From Terriglobia bacterium (GTDB lineage: Bacteria > Acidobacteriota > Terriglobia > JAJPHL01 > JAPKYU01), in the NCBI GenBank assembly GCA_965223005.1, contig CBDCVK010000002.1:480001-544000 (forward strand): a stretch of DNA of 64,000 nucleotides. Reading direction: 5' to 3'. The translations under genes were made by a program, and so were the position numbers. Shown here one piece after another: positions 30,236 through 39,485 of the stretch; position 1 is the first letter of the stretch, and each line of letters opens with the position of its first letter. Under the pieces are notes generated by a model that did not search any database, was not told the origin of the DNA, and was given only the letters and a program-made list of their open reading frames with translations.

Positions 30236-30352
30236 CTCAGTGACTTCGGATTTCGGATTTCGGATCTACGATTGAAGAACACCTGCAGGTGGAAGATCAG
30301 CCCCCAACGCCGTCAGTTCCAAGACACAACGCCCGAGCCGGTTTCACACCTT

Positions 30353-31018
30353 TCAATCTGAAATTCCTAGCAGCCGCCTCGCCCGCTGCCAGATGTCAGC
30401 GTGAATCGCCTGGGGGGTGCGCTCGCCGTGGACCACCACCACGCGGCCGGATTCGCGGGCGGCGATGTCCAGGTAGCCGCGGCGGACGCGCTCAAAAAAC
30501 TCCGGGTTTTCTTGTTCGAACCGGCTCTCATCTTGCTGGCCGGCCGCCGTGCTGCTTCGATTTCGCTCCAGCGCCCGCGCCACACTCGTGCCGGGCTCGA
30601 TGTCCAGCAGAAAGGTCAGGTCGGGCTTCAGGCCGCCGCAGGCAATCCGCTCCACCTCGGAGACCAGTTCCGTGCCCAGGCCGCGCCCACACCCCTGATA
30701 AGCAGCCGAGGCATCCACGTAACGGTCACAGAGTACCACTCGCCTCGCCTCGAGCGCCGGCCGGATGATTTCGTCCAGGTTCTGCGTCCGGGAGGCGAAA
30801 TAAAGCAGCAGCTCGGCTAAAGGCGACAGGCGCGCCGTCGCTGAATCCAGCAGGATGCAACGTATGGCCGCGCCGACCGGCGTGCCTCCTGGCTCCTTTG
30901 CCGTGGTCACCGCAATGTCGTGAGCTCGAAGGCGTTCGGCCAGCATCTCCAGTTGAGTGGTCTTTCCTGAGCCGTCAATGCCTTCGAAGGTAATGAATGT
31001 ACCGCGGCTATCCGACAT
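30353..31018 (-). CDS. tmk: Thymidylate kinase
   Basis: FITFEGIDGSGKTTQ, EPGGT and CDRY motifs; ATG at 31018. Confidence 0.96.
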   Translation of the reverse strand: MSDSRGTFITFEGIDGSGKTTQLEMLAERLRAHDIAVTTAKEPGGTPVGAAIRCILLDSATARLSPLAELLLYFASRTQNLDEIIRPALEARRVVLCDRYVDASAAYQGCGRGLGTELVSEVERIACGGLKPDLTFLLDIEPGTSVARALERNRSSTAAGQQDESRFEQENPEFFERVRRGYLDIAARESGRVVVVHGERTPQAIHADIWQRARRLLGISD

Positions 31019-31068
31019 GGCAGAGCGCCCATCATAGCATGATAGAATTTTCGGTTTGCCGGGCAGGC

Positions 31069-31788
31069 GTGTCTTCCATCCGTGAAAACCTGGCTGCGGT
31101 ACGAGCGCGCATCGAACGCGCGCAGGAGAACGCCGGACGCGCCGGCGGGCCACGCCGGGAGGTGCTGCTGGTGGCGGTGACCAAGACCCAGCCGCCCGAG
31201 CGCATCCGCGAGGCCTATGAGGCCGGCCAGCGGCATTTCGGCGAAAATCGCATCCAGGAGTTCGAGCAGAAGCGCCCACGGCTCGAGCTCGCCGGTGCCG
31301 AGTGGCACCTGGTGGGACATCTGCAATCGAACAAAGCCCGGCGTGCGGTCCAGCTGTTCCGCGTCATTGAGACCGTGGACAGCACGCACCTGGCACACCG
31401 CTTGAACGAGGCGGTGGCGAGCGGCAGTCCGAATGCCGACGAGGTGGGCGCACTTCCGGTGTTCCTTCAGGTGAAGCTGAGCCCGGAGCTCGCGAAGGCC
31501 GGCTGTCCGGAAGAGGCACTGCCGGAACTTGCGCGTGAGGTAGCGGCGCTGCCCCACCTGGAACTGCGCGGGCTGATGACTATGCCGCCTTTCACTGAGG
31601 ATCCAGAAGCGGCACGGCCTTACTTCCGGCGGCTGCGCCAGTGGGCCGAGCGGCTGAGCCTGGAAGAGCTGTCTATGGGCATGAGCCACGACTTCGAAGT
31701 GGCAGTCGAAGAGGGAGCCACGGTGGTGCGCGTGGGCACCGCGATTTTCGGAGAAAGACCGCGACCCGCACGGCCGGCTCCGGGATGA
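31069..31788 (+). CDS. yggS: PLP homeostasis protein YggS
   Basis: VAVTK, FGENRIQE, GHLQSNK, LSMGMS and VRVGTAIFG motifs. Confidence 0.96.
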   Translation: MSSIRENLAAVRARIERAQENAGRAGGPRREVLLVAVTKTQPPERIREAYEAGQRHFGENRIQEFEQKRPRLELAGAEWHLVGHLQSNKARRAVQLFRVIETVDSTHLAHRLNEAVASGSPNADEVGALPVFLQVKLSPELAKAGCPEEALPELAREVAALPHLELRGLMTMPPFTEDPEAARPYFRRLRQWAERLSLEELSMGMSHDFEVAVEEGATVVRVGTAIFGERPRPARPAPG

Positions 31789-32066
31789 ACGTGATGCGGC
31801 TGCGCGTCAAAGTTCGCGCTGGCGCGCGACGCTCGAGCGTGGCGGGAAAACTGGGAGAGGAGTGGAAAATGGAGATCGCCGCGCCGGCAGTGGACGGCAA
31901 AGCCAACCGCGCACTCGTCGAGTTTCTCGCTACCATGTGGCGCGTGCCGCGCTCAGCCGTCCAGATCGTCTCCGGGCACCGTTCGCCGCATAAAGTCGTG
32001 GAAGTGGAGGCAGCGGGAGGCGAAGAGTTACTGCTGTTCCAGAAAATCGAGAACAAGAAGACCTAG
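31785..32066 (+). CDS. yggU: DUF167/YggU family protein
   Basis: APAVDGKANRAL and IVSGHRSPHK motifs; follows yggS. Confidence 0.88.
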   Translation: MNVMRLRVKVRAGARRSSVAGKLGEEWKMEIAAPAVDGKANRALVEFLATMWRVPRSAVQIVSGHRSPHKVVEVEAAGGEELLLFQKIENKKT

Positions 32067-32068
32067 TC

Positions 32069-33532
32069 GTGCTCTACATCATTGTCCTGGTCCTGATCGT
32101 AACCACCCTGCTGGTGGTCAGCCTGGCGCAGGCGCGCACGGTGAAGACGCAGGCTGATTTCACGGTGGCTGGGCGCAGTCTGGCGTGGCCGGTGTTGGTC
32201 TTCACGCTGCTGTCGTCCTGGATTGGGGCGGGTACGCTGTTTGCCGGCGGGGAAAACGCCTTTCGCAACGGGCTATCTGCGCTATGGCTGCCGGCCGGTG
32301 GCTGGGCCGGGTTGCTGGTGATCGCGATGATTGCCGGACGCGCCCGCCGCTTCGCTCAATTCACCGTGCCGGACTTGCTGGAGACGCGCTTCAATGTCAC
32401 GGCGCGGGTCGCGGCCACGATCGCCATCCTGCTGGCTTACACGGCCATCACCAGTTACCAGTTCCGCGGCGGGGGCGAGGTGCTGCACCTGATCTTCCCC
32501 GAAGTACCAGCACGCACCGGAATGTATATCGTCGCCGGCTTCGTGATTCTGTTCACCGCGCTGGCCGGGATGTCCTCGGTAGCCTATCTGGACCTGGTGA
32601 TCGGCCTGCTGGTGAGCATTTCGGCAGTGATTGCCCTCCCGTTGCTGCTGGGCCGGGTCGGCGGTTGGGAGGGCTTGCAGGCGGCTCTGCCTGCCGAGCA
32701 CTTCACGCCCATGGGACGGCTGTCGTTGCGGAATGCTCTGGGGTTCTTCCTGCCCAGCATGCTGCTGTTGCTTGGCAACCAGAGCATGTACCAGAAGTTC
32801 TTCTCGGCTCGAAGCGAGCGCGACGCCCGGCTCTCAGTGGTGGGCTGGATCGTGGGCACGATCTTGCTGGAGACGATCATCCTGCTGATTGCCGTGGTAG
32901 GCAGCGCCCTGTACCGCGACGTCAACCCGCACGACATCATCCCGGTCACGGTTCGGCGAGGCCTGCCGGCGCTGCTAGGGGCGGTCATGCTGGGCGGCAT
33001 TTTCGCCAAGGTCATGGCGACGGCCAACAACTACCTGTTTTCTCCAGCCACCAACCTGGTACACGACATTTACCAGCGCTTTATCAACCCCAGCGCGGGA
33101 CAGGCGCGGCTCATCTGGGTGTCGCGCGCAATGGTTCTCCTGCTGGGTCTTTTCGCTGTAGGCTTGCAGAGTTTCCTGCCCTCAATCCTGGCCATGGCCC
33201 TCTATGCGTACACTGTCTACAGCGCCGGCATTACTCCGGTGGTGATGGCTGTATTTTTCTGGAAGCGGGCCAATGGGGCCGGCGCGGTCTCCTCCATAGC
33301 GGTTGGCACCGTCATCACGGTGGGCTGGAACCTGACGGCGCGGCTGGCCAACCCGGCCGCGGCCGCCGAGGGTTTACAGGCGGTAGCGCAGTTCGTGGCC
33401 GGCATCGAGGCGATCTATCCCGCGTTGCTCGGCTCGCTGCTTTGCCTGGTGCTGGTCAGCTTGGCGACGCCGCCCCCGCGCGAGGAGCAGTGGCGGCCGT
33501 TCTTCCAGGCCGCGGAGGGTGCGAGCGCATGA
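32069..33532 (+). CDS. Sodium:solute symporter family protein
   Basis: DFTVAGRSL and FTVPDLLETRF motifs; about 13 TM segments. Confidence 0.93.
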   Translation: MLYIIVLVLIVTTLLVVSLAQARTVKTQADFTVAGRSLAWPVLVFTLLSSWIGAGTLFAGGENAFRNGLSALWLPAGGWAGLLVIAMIAGRARRFAQFTVPDLLETRFNVTARVAATIAILLAYTAITSYQFRGGGEVLHLIFPEVPARTGMYIVAGFVILFTALAGMSSVAYLDLVIGLLVSISAVIALPLLLGRVGGWEGLQAALPAEHFTPMGRLSLRNALGFFLPSMLLLLGNQSMYQKFFSARSERDARLSVVGWIVGTILLETIILLIAVVGSALYRDVNPHDIIPVTVRRGLPALLGAVMLGGIFAKVMATANNYLFSPATNLVHDIYQRFINPSAGQARLIWVSRAMVLLLGLFAVGLQSFLPSILAMALYAYTVYSAGITPVVMAVFFWKRANGAGAVSSIAVGTVITVGWNLTARLANPAAAAEGLQAVAQFVAGIEAIYPALLGSLLCLVLVSLATPPPREEQWRPFFQAAEGASA

Positions 33533-34725
33533 CTGATCTCAACCGGATGGCGCTCATCCAGCAGGCGCTGCGGGAGCGGAAACTGGACGGGTGGCTCTTC
33601 TACGACCACCATCACCGCGACCCGATCGCCTACCGGGTGCTGGGGCTGGATGAAAACGCTCTGGCTACCCGGCGCTGGTTCTACCTGGTGCCGTGCGAAG
33701 GTGAGCCTCTCAAGCTGGTTCACCGTATCGAGGCCGCACAACTGGACGCGCTGCCCGGACGCGCGCGGTCCTACTCCTCCTGGCAGGAACTGGGCAGCGG
33801 CGTGGAGGAGATGGTGCGCGGGCGGCGCCGGGTGGCGATGCAGTATTCTCCCAACAACCTGCTGCCTTTGGTGGGGCTGGTGGATGCGGGCACGGTGGAG
33901 ATGGTGCGCAGCTTCGGGGCCGAAGTGGTTTCCTCCGCGGACCTGGTGCAGATGTTCGAAGCCTGCTGGACTCCGGAAGCGCTGGAATCACACCTGGCGG
34001 CTGGACGCGCCATTGACGAGATTGTGCCGCTTGCTTTCGCCGAAATCGGCCGCCGCGTTCCCACCGACGAGTTCGCCATCCAGCAATATATTCTTGAGAA
34101 ATTCCAGGCTGCCGGGCTGGTTACGGGCGAGGTGCCGATTGTGGCCGTGAACCAGAACAGCGGCAACCCGCACTACGAGCCGCCCCGCGAGGGCTCGGCG
34201 ACGATCCGCCGCGGCGATTTCGTGCTGCTCGATGTGTGGGGCAAGCAGAACCGGCCCGGGGCCGTCTATTACGATGTCACCTGGATGGGGTATGTGGGCC
34301 GCAGCTCGGCAGACAACGAGCCGCCGGAAAAGTTTCTCCGGATTTTTGAGATCGTACGCGATGCGCGCGACCTGGGGGTGGAATTCGTCACTTCAGCGGT
34401 CCGACAGAAGCGCCCGGTACGCGGCTGGGAGGTGGACCAGGCCGTCCGGAGCTTCATTGCCGCGCGGGGCTACGGTGAGTATTTTCTCCACCGCACCGGC
34501 CACTCCCTGGGAGAGTCGGTGCACGGCAACGGTGCTAACCTCGACAATTTGGAGACGAAGGACGAACGCGAAATCTTTCCGCGAACCTGTTTTTCTGTCG
34601 AGCCGGGCATCTACCTGCCTGAATTCGGCGTGCGTAGCGAGGTCAACGTGTACGTGGATGAGCAAGATGCCCGAGTGACTGGCGCCATCCAACGGGAAAT
34701 TGTCCGGATTACGCCCGGGTCATGA
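33529..34725 (+). CDS. M24 family Xaa-Pro peptidase
   Basis: PHY, LLDVW, YYDVT, HRTGHSLG, SVEPGIY and GVRSE motifs; ATG overlaps the symporter stop. Confidence 0.93.
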   Translation: MTDLNRMALIQQALRERKLDGWLFYDHHHRDPIAYRVLGLDENALATRRWFYLVPCEGEPLKLVHRIEAAQLDALPGRARSYSSWQELGSGVEEMVRGRRRVAMQYSPNNLLPLVGLVDAGTVEMVRSFGAEVVSSADLVQMFEACWTPEALESHLAAGRAIDEIVPLAFAEIGRRVPTDEFAIQQYILEKFQAAGLVTGEVPIVAVNQNSGNPHYEPPREGSATIRRGDFVLLDVWGKQNRPGAVYYDVTWMGYVGRSSADNEPPEKFLRIFEIVRDARDLGVEFVTSAVRQKRPVRGWEVDQAVRSFIAARGYGEYFLHRTGHSLGESVHGNGANLDNLETKDEREIFPRTCFSVEPGIYLPEFGVRSEVNVYVDEQDARVTGAIQREIVRITPGS

Positions 34726-35129
34726 TGAGCAAGAAATCTGAAACAACCGAGCGCGCAAAAAGAAACTACGCCGCTTATTTGCCAGTGTTGGCGGGCTGGC
34801 TCGTGCCCGGCGGCGGGCACTTCTGGCAGCGGAAATGGGGACGCGGCGCGCTGCTGCTGGTTTCGGTCGTCACAATGTTCTTGCTGGGACTGGCGATGCG
34901 CGGCAAGATGTATCGCTACAACCCCGGCGACATCGTGGACACGCTGGCCTGGCTGGCGGACCTGGGGGCCGGCGGTCTCTACCTGGTGGCCAAATTCTTC
35001 AGCTATGACATGCCGGAACCACCCTCTGCCGCCGCCGACTACGGCACCAAGTTCCTGTTGACGGCAGGCTTGCTCAACGCCCTGGCCATGCTTGACGCCT
35101 ATGACATCGCGATGAGGAGAAAGGATTGA
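34722..35129 (+). CDS. Membrane protein (DUF6677-like)
   Basis: WLVPGGGH and AGLLNALAMLDAYD; hydrophobic segments. Confidence 0.7.
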   Translation: MMSKKSETTERAKRNYAAYLPVLAGWLVPGGGHFWQRKWGRGALLLVSVVTMFLLGLAMRGKMYRYNPGDIVDTLAWLADLGAGGLYLVAKFFSYDMPEPPSAAADYGTKFLLTAGLLNALAMLDAYDIAMRRKD

Positions 35130-35161
35130 CCTGCCGGTAAAGGTTTGATGGAAGTTGGCCG

Positions 35162-35341
35162 ATGCTCGACCTGACTCATCTTCAGGCAGCGACGATTTTC
35201 GCCTTCTTTACCTCCGTCGTGTTCGCGGTGATCAGCAAGAACACGATCCGCGAGCGCCTGATCTACGGAGCTTGGTGCTTTGCCGCTTTCCTGGGCGTGG
35301 TGTTCGGCCTGGGCTGGTTGATGAGATTCGGCCACGGCTAG
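35162..35341 (+). CDS. 59-aa two-TM membrane protein missing from the ORF track
   Basis: Manual translation MLDLTHLQAATIFAFFTSVVFAVISKNTIRERLIYGAWCFAAFLGVVFGLGWLMRFGHG; GC3-rich; continues the operon. Confidence 0.7.
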   Translation: MLDLTHLQAATIFAFFTSVVFAVISKNTIRERLIYGAWCFAAFLGVVFGLGWLMRFGHG

Positions 35342-35490
35342 TCCAAGCGATGCCTGCTCCGCCGGCTGATCTCCTGGCGCGCACATACATTTTCTTGATC
35401 CTGGTTTCTGCGGAAATCTGCGTATCTGGGGATGACTCTTTTGAAAAAGTCGCTGATTCAAGTGACGAATGTCTGGGACTGCATGCCAAC

Positions 35491-36495
35491 CTAGATGTGG
35501 AGCTCGAGGATGTCTCCGTCAGCCAGCACGTAGTCCCGCTGGACCATCTGACCTACGAACTTGCCGTGTCCCCAGATGCGGGCGAATTTGAGCTGGGAAG
35601 CAAAATCCTTGTGCACGTGCTGGGCGGCTTCGAACACAGTGGAGCCGCGCTTCAGTACATAAGGCGCCGCAAGGTCGGGCTTCTTCCCGGGAGCCTTGGT
35701 GAAGACGCGGATCACTTCCAGCAGGTCGAACACGGCGCGCTTGAACGTCTCCAAGCCGCCGGCCGTTTCCGCCGATACTGCTACCGTGGGGACGGCGCGC
35801 CAGCCGGTTGAACTTTCCTCCAACAGTTCGCGGAGCGCGGCGAAATTTTCCTCAGCACCGGGTTGGTCGACCTTGTTGCCCACCAACAGCGTGCGCTTCA
35901 CGGCCGCCCCCGACGCGGGGGCGGCCGTGGTCGGCACTCCAATGCGGACGTTTTGCTTCCCTAGAAGCAGTTGCGTGGTTTCCACCTCCTCCAGCAGGTC
36001 GTCGGCAGACAAGTCCACTACCAGAGCCGTTGCGTCGGACTGCCGCACCAGCGTGGGCACCCAGCTCTCCATGAACTGGTCCGACACCGGAGGCAGGTCC
36101 ACCAGTTGGAACTGCACGTTTTCAAACGGCATCATGCCGGGGGTGGGCAGACGGGTGGTGAACGGGTAATCAGCCACTTCGGGCCGGGCGTGGGTCAGCC
36201 GGCGCACCAGCTGTGACTTGCCTACATTAGGCGCACCGACCAGGGCGACCTGGCCGGCGCCCTCTCGCTCGACGTGGTAAATCGGCAGCGTTCGTGCTGT
36301 GCCGCCCTTTTTCTGCGCCTCGCCCCGGAGCTTGGAGAGGCGCCGTTTCAGGTCGGCCTGCATCTTTTCCGTCCCCTTGTGCTTGGGGATGGCGGACAGC
36401 ATCTCCTCCAACGCCTCAATTTTCTCCGGGATGCTCCTGGCCGCTTTGAACCGCTGTTCGGCTGCAAAGTATTCGGGGCTTAGGTTGGCCGGCAT
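35491..36495 (-). CDS. DRG/Rbg-like OBG-family GTPase with TGS domain
   Basis: N-terminal PKHKGTEK, GAPNVGKS, YPFTT, DLP and NKVD motifs; C-terminal TGS domain. Confidence 0.9.
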   Translation of the reverse strand: MPANLSPEYFAAEQRFKAARSIPEKIEALEEMLSAIPKHKGTEKMQADLKRRLSKLRGEAQKKGGTARTLPIYHVEREGAGQVALVGAPNVGKSQLVRRLTHARPEVADYPFTTRLPTPGMMPFENVQFQLVDLPPVSDQFMESWVPTLVRQSDATALVVDLSADDLLEEVETTQLLLGKQNVRIGVPTTAAPASGAAVKRTLLVGNKVDQPGAEENFAALRELLEESSTGWRAVPTVAVSAETAGGLETFKRAVFDLLEVIRVFTKAPGKKPDLAAPYVLKRGSTVFEAAQHVHKDFASQLKFARIWGHGKFVGQMVQRDYVLADGDILELHI

Positions 36496-36558
36496 GACAA
36501 GACAGGGGTCAGGTTTTCAATCTCCAGTCTTCAGTCTTAAGGTCGTAAGCCTCATGCC

Positions 36559-37152
36559 TTATCGGTTGACCAGAAGCGTCACCTTCTCCAGAGGCAAGAT
36601 GCGGATGCGCTCTTCGGTGCGGGGCGCGCGCAGCAGGGTCGCTGCTCCGCGCAGGCGCTCGACATCCTCCTGCGTGGGCTCGAACGCGTAGACGTCGGCG
36701 CGGTTGCGGTAGGAGTAGGACTGGTAGCGCGGCGCGCGCGCTGCCGCCACTTCCATGAGTGTTTCCCAAAAGCTGCTCTTCTGGAGCCAGCGGCGGCGGG
36801 CCACCTGCTCGCGCCGCAGTTCGATCGTTTCTACGCCTGTGTGGACGGTAGCATAGACGCATCGTTCAACCTGAAAGGGCCGGTCCGGCTCAGGGTCGGG
36901 GAAGCGGGCCAGCAACGGCGCCAGGTCTGTGGCGTCAGCCTCTAGTGGCTCCCAGCGGTAGCGATACTGGCCCAGCACCATGCTGCCTGCCCGCAGGATT
37001 TGGTGCAGGCGCTCGGGATTCTTGCCGCCCACAGCCACCACCACCTCCAGCAGCTCCGCCATGGGAAAGTCGCGCTGCATCACGCGTGTCATGCTGATGT
37101 CCTCGGCTGCGTCCGACATCAGCTTCACACGCACCCGCTCAGGGAGCGCCAT
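36559..37152 (-). CDS. Hypothetical protein
   Basis: Open ORF with host-like codon usage, co-oriented with the GTPase gene. Confidence 0.7.
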   Translation of the reverse strand: MALPERVRVKLMSDAAEDISMTRVMQRDFPMAELLEVVVAVGGKNPERLHQILRAGSMVLGQYRYRWEPLEADATDLAPLLARFPDPEPDRPFQVERCVYATVHTGVETIELRREQVARRRWLQKSSFWETLMEVAAARAPRYQSYSYRNRADVYAFEPTQEDVERLRGAATLLRAPRTEERIRILPLEKVTLLVNR

Positions 37153-37511
37153 GCTCTCATGGTACCGCTTTCCTAATGTTGGGTAGTGGGTCTGTTTCCG
37201 GCAAGGGCGTTTTACGGCCGTGTGGGCTGCGTGGCAGCATAGGTAAACGCTAACCGACTAGTGGGACCTATCTGCCGAATCTGAGGCAACTTTTGCTGTT
37301 TCAGAGAATTACTGCCGCCTGAGAAAGCATTAGCAGCGAGGCAGGTTGGAGGCGGGAAAACGGACCGGACAAATCCGCTGAATGGCCCCAAACGGCCCTG
37401 GCGCCTCCAAAAGAGGCTTGAGCATTCGAGCTTGACGCGGCAGGGCAGCTACCGTAGGCTTCGGGCGAAGAGGAAGCTCAGGTCGGAAATCCTGGTTAGA
37501 GGAGGCACGGA

Positions 37512-38651
37512 ATGAGTCGTTCGATTCGGTCCCGTCGTACCACTCGCACCTTCGCCAGCATCGTAGCGTTGGTTATGGTCGTGTCCCTGTTTGTGACGAC
37601 ATTTGCGGCGACCCCGCCCAGTTCGCATGGTGGGAAGTCGAAACCTAGCTTCACCGCGGACGGTAAACTCATGCGACCCACAGGCTACCGGGAGTGGGTC
37701 TATATCGGGACGCCGATTACCCCGAACGACATGAATCCGCCTGAAGCTGCTTTCCCCGATTTCCACAATGTATACATCCATCCCGACGATTTTGCAGCTT
37801 ACAAAAAGACAGGAAAATTCCCCCAGGGCACGATCCTGGTCAAGGAGTTGGTCAGTGTGGGCTCGAAGGCGGCCACCAGCGGCAAGGGCTATTTCATGGG
37901 CGAGTTCATCGGATTGGAGGCCACCATCAAGGACTCCAAACGCTTCCCGGATGAGCCCGGCAACTGGGCCTACTTCAGCTTTGGTCACTCCTATCCGCTG
38001 GCCGACACCGCAGAAAAGTTTCCCGCGGGGGCTTGCAACGCCTGTCACGCAGCCAGCGCTGCGGAGGATTTTGTCTTCACACAATACTACCCGGTGCTCC
38101 GAGCAGCCAAGGGGGCAAAGAGCGGTCGGGCCATGGACAGCCGCTCGGAGGAATTCAAGAAGATGGCAGGCGCCATGTCCGGTGCAATGGCTACCGCCCT
38201 GGAGCCCACCGCGGAGGGCGCCAGTGTGGATAGCCTGGTTCCGACCGACAAAGACCGTCTGTTCAAGTACTTGCAGGACGGCTCATACAAGCAATTCGCT
38301 AAGGAATCAGCCGCGCACCCCACGCGTGGCCCGCACACGAAGTTTGGCTGGCCGGTACGGGTGTTCTTGGACCCCAAGCTCGATGCGTCGCTGAGGGCGG
38401 GTAGCACCTCCCACCCCGTTGGCTCCGCCTCTGTGAAGGAAATGTACGACGGGAATGGCAAGCTTCAGGGCTGGGCGGTCATGGTAAAAACGCAAGCCGA
38501 GAATGACAGGGGCAAGGGTTGGTTTTGGTACGAGGTCGTCAGCACTACCTCTGGTGCCAATCCAGTGGCGGCTGGTAACGGCGTCCCACTCTGCTTTGGC
38601 TGCCATTTTCCCGGCAAGGATTTTGTGCTGAGCGCCTACCCGCTTCAGTAG
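37512..38651 (+). CDS. Exported two-domain cytochrome P460-family protein
   Basis: Signal peptide; YREWVYIG, FHNVY, LVKELVSVG, GNWAYF and CNACH; second domain VKEMY, GWFWYE and CFGCH. Confidence 0.9.
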   Translation: MSRSIRSRRTTRTFASIVALVMVVSLFVTTFAATPPSSHGGKSKPSFTADGKLMRPTGYREWVYIGTPITPNDMNPPEAAFPDFHNVYIHPDDFAAYKKTGKFPQGTILVKELVSVGSKAATSGKGYFMGEFIGLEATIKDSKRFPDEPGNWAYFSFGHSYPLADTAEKFPAGACNACHAASAAEDFVFTQYYPVLRAAKGAKSGRAMDSRSEEFKKMAGAMSGAMATALEPTAEGASVDSLVPTDKDRLFKYLQDGSYKQFAKESAAHPTRGPHTKFGWPVRVFLDPKLDASLRAGSTSHPVGSASVKEMYDGNGKLQGWAVMVKTQAENDRGKGWFWYEVVSTTSGANPVAAGNGVPLCFGCHFPGKDFVLSAYPLQ

Positions 38652-38742
38652 CAAGAACCGAAGTAGATAGCGTACAACCGTGCCAGCAGGGAACGGGAAA
38701 TCAGAAACGGCCAAAAAGGAAATCTTGGACAAGGAGAAAGAC

Positions 38743-39228
38743 ATGCACACCATTCCAGACCAATCAAGGAACTCTGCTTTTTTCGGCGTGACGGTGGCGG
38801 CGCTTTTCTTGCTGCTCGCGGTACCAGTCTTGACAAAAGCTGAGAGCCACACGAAGTCGCTCTACGAAAGACTCGGCGGCTACGGAGCGATCTCAGCGGT
38901 CGTGAACGACTTCGCCGAGAAGCTCTTCACCGATCCCAAGGTCGGACCTTTTTTCAAAGGGATGGGTACGGACACCCGGAAGTCATTCATCCAGAAGAAC
39001 ATCAATCTTGTCTGCAACGTCACGGGTGGGCCGTGCAAGGTCATCAGCCGAGATGCCAAGACCGTTCACGCAGGGCTGGGCATCACAGAGAAAGAGTTCA
39101 ACGTCGTTGTGAACCACCTGGTGGATACCCTGGACAAGTTCAAGGTACCCGCCAAGGAGAAGGAAGAGCTACTCACGATCATCGGCAAGCTCAAGCCGGA
39201 CATCGTTGAAGAGAACCCGTCGAAGTGA
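38743..39228 (+). CDS. Group I truncated hemoglobin with N-terminal signal peptide
   Basis: SLYERLGG, TGGPC and H-x-GLGITEKEF motifs; hydrophobic leader ending TKA; SD AAGGAG. Confidence 0.9.
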   Translation: MHTIPDQSRNSAFFGVTVAALFLLLAVPVLTKAESHTKSLYERLGGYGAISAVVNDFAEKLFTDPKVGPFFKGMGTDTRKSFIQKNINLVCNVTGGPCKVISRDAKTVHAGLGITEKEFNVVVNHLVDTLDKFKVPAKEKEELLTIIGKLKPDIVEENPSK

Positions 39229-39305
39229 CCTGCCGCCTTGTCACCAGCGTTGCCGGATAGGTCCACACTAACGGGCGAGCGTTTACCAATGTTCTGCCGG
39301 CCTGG

Positions 39306-39346
39306 GTGGTGCGACGTGGATAAGTAAACGCTAACCGACTAGTGGG
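39306..39346 (+). repeat. Third (partial) copy of the cassette B-end
   Basis: GTAAACGCTAACCGACTAGTGGG (39324-39346) is identical to 37243-37265. Confidence 0.8.
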
Positions 39347-39485
39347 GATTTGTTCAGCGACACTTGGCCAACTGACTCCGGCTGATACACTTGATGCCGC
39401 TATGGCGTCTGACAAACGGACGAATCAATTCGTTGCCAGATGCGGTATCATGGTCCGCATGCAGCCTTGTTCCACGGGAGGATTC

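Larger units (their letters stand above)
37182..39287. mobile_element. Second cassette with the same ends as 10628-12202, carrying cytochrome P460 and globin genes
   Basis: 37182-37281 is similar to the reverse complement of about 12100-12202; the reverse complement of 39232-39287 is similar to 10683-10737; the outer IR on the right side is missing. Confidence 0.65.

Noticed and set aside
32185-33528. Apparent 846-aa peptidase with a long N-terminal extension
   Set aside because: The extension is an off-frame overlap of the symporter gene; the real start is ATG 33529
37182-39346. Integron attC/attI interpretation of the cassette ends
   Set aside because: No RYYYAAC...GTTRRRY palindromic attC structure seen and no integrase in the window
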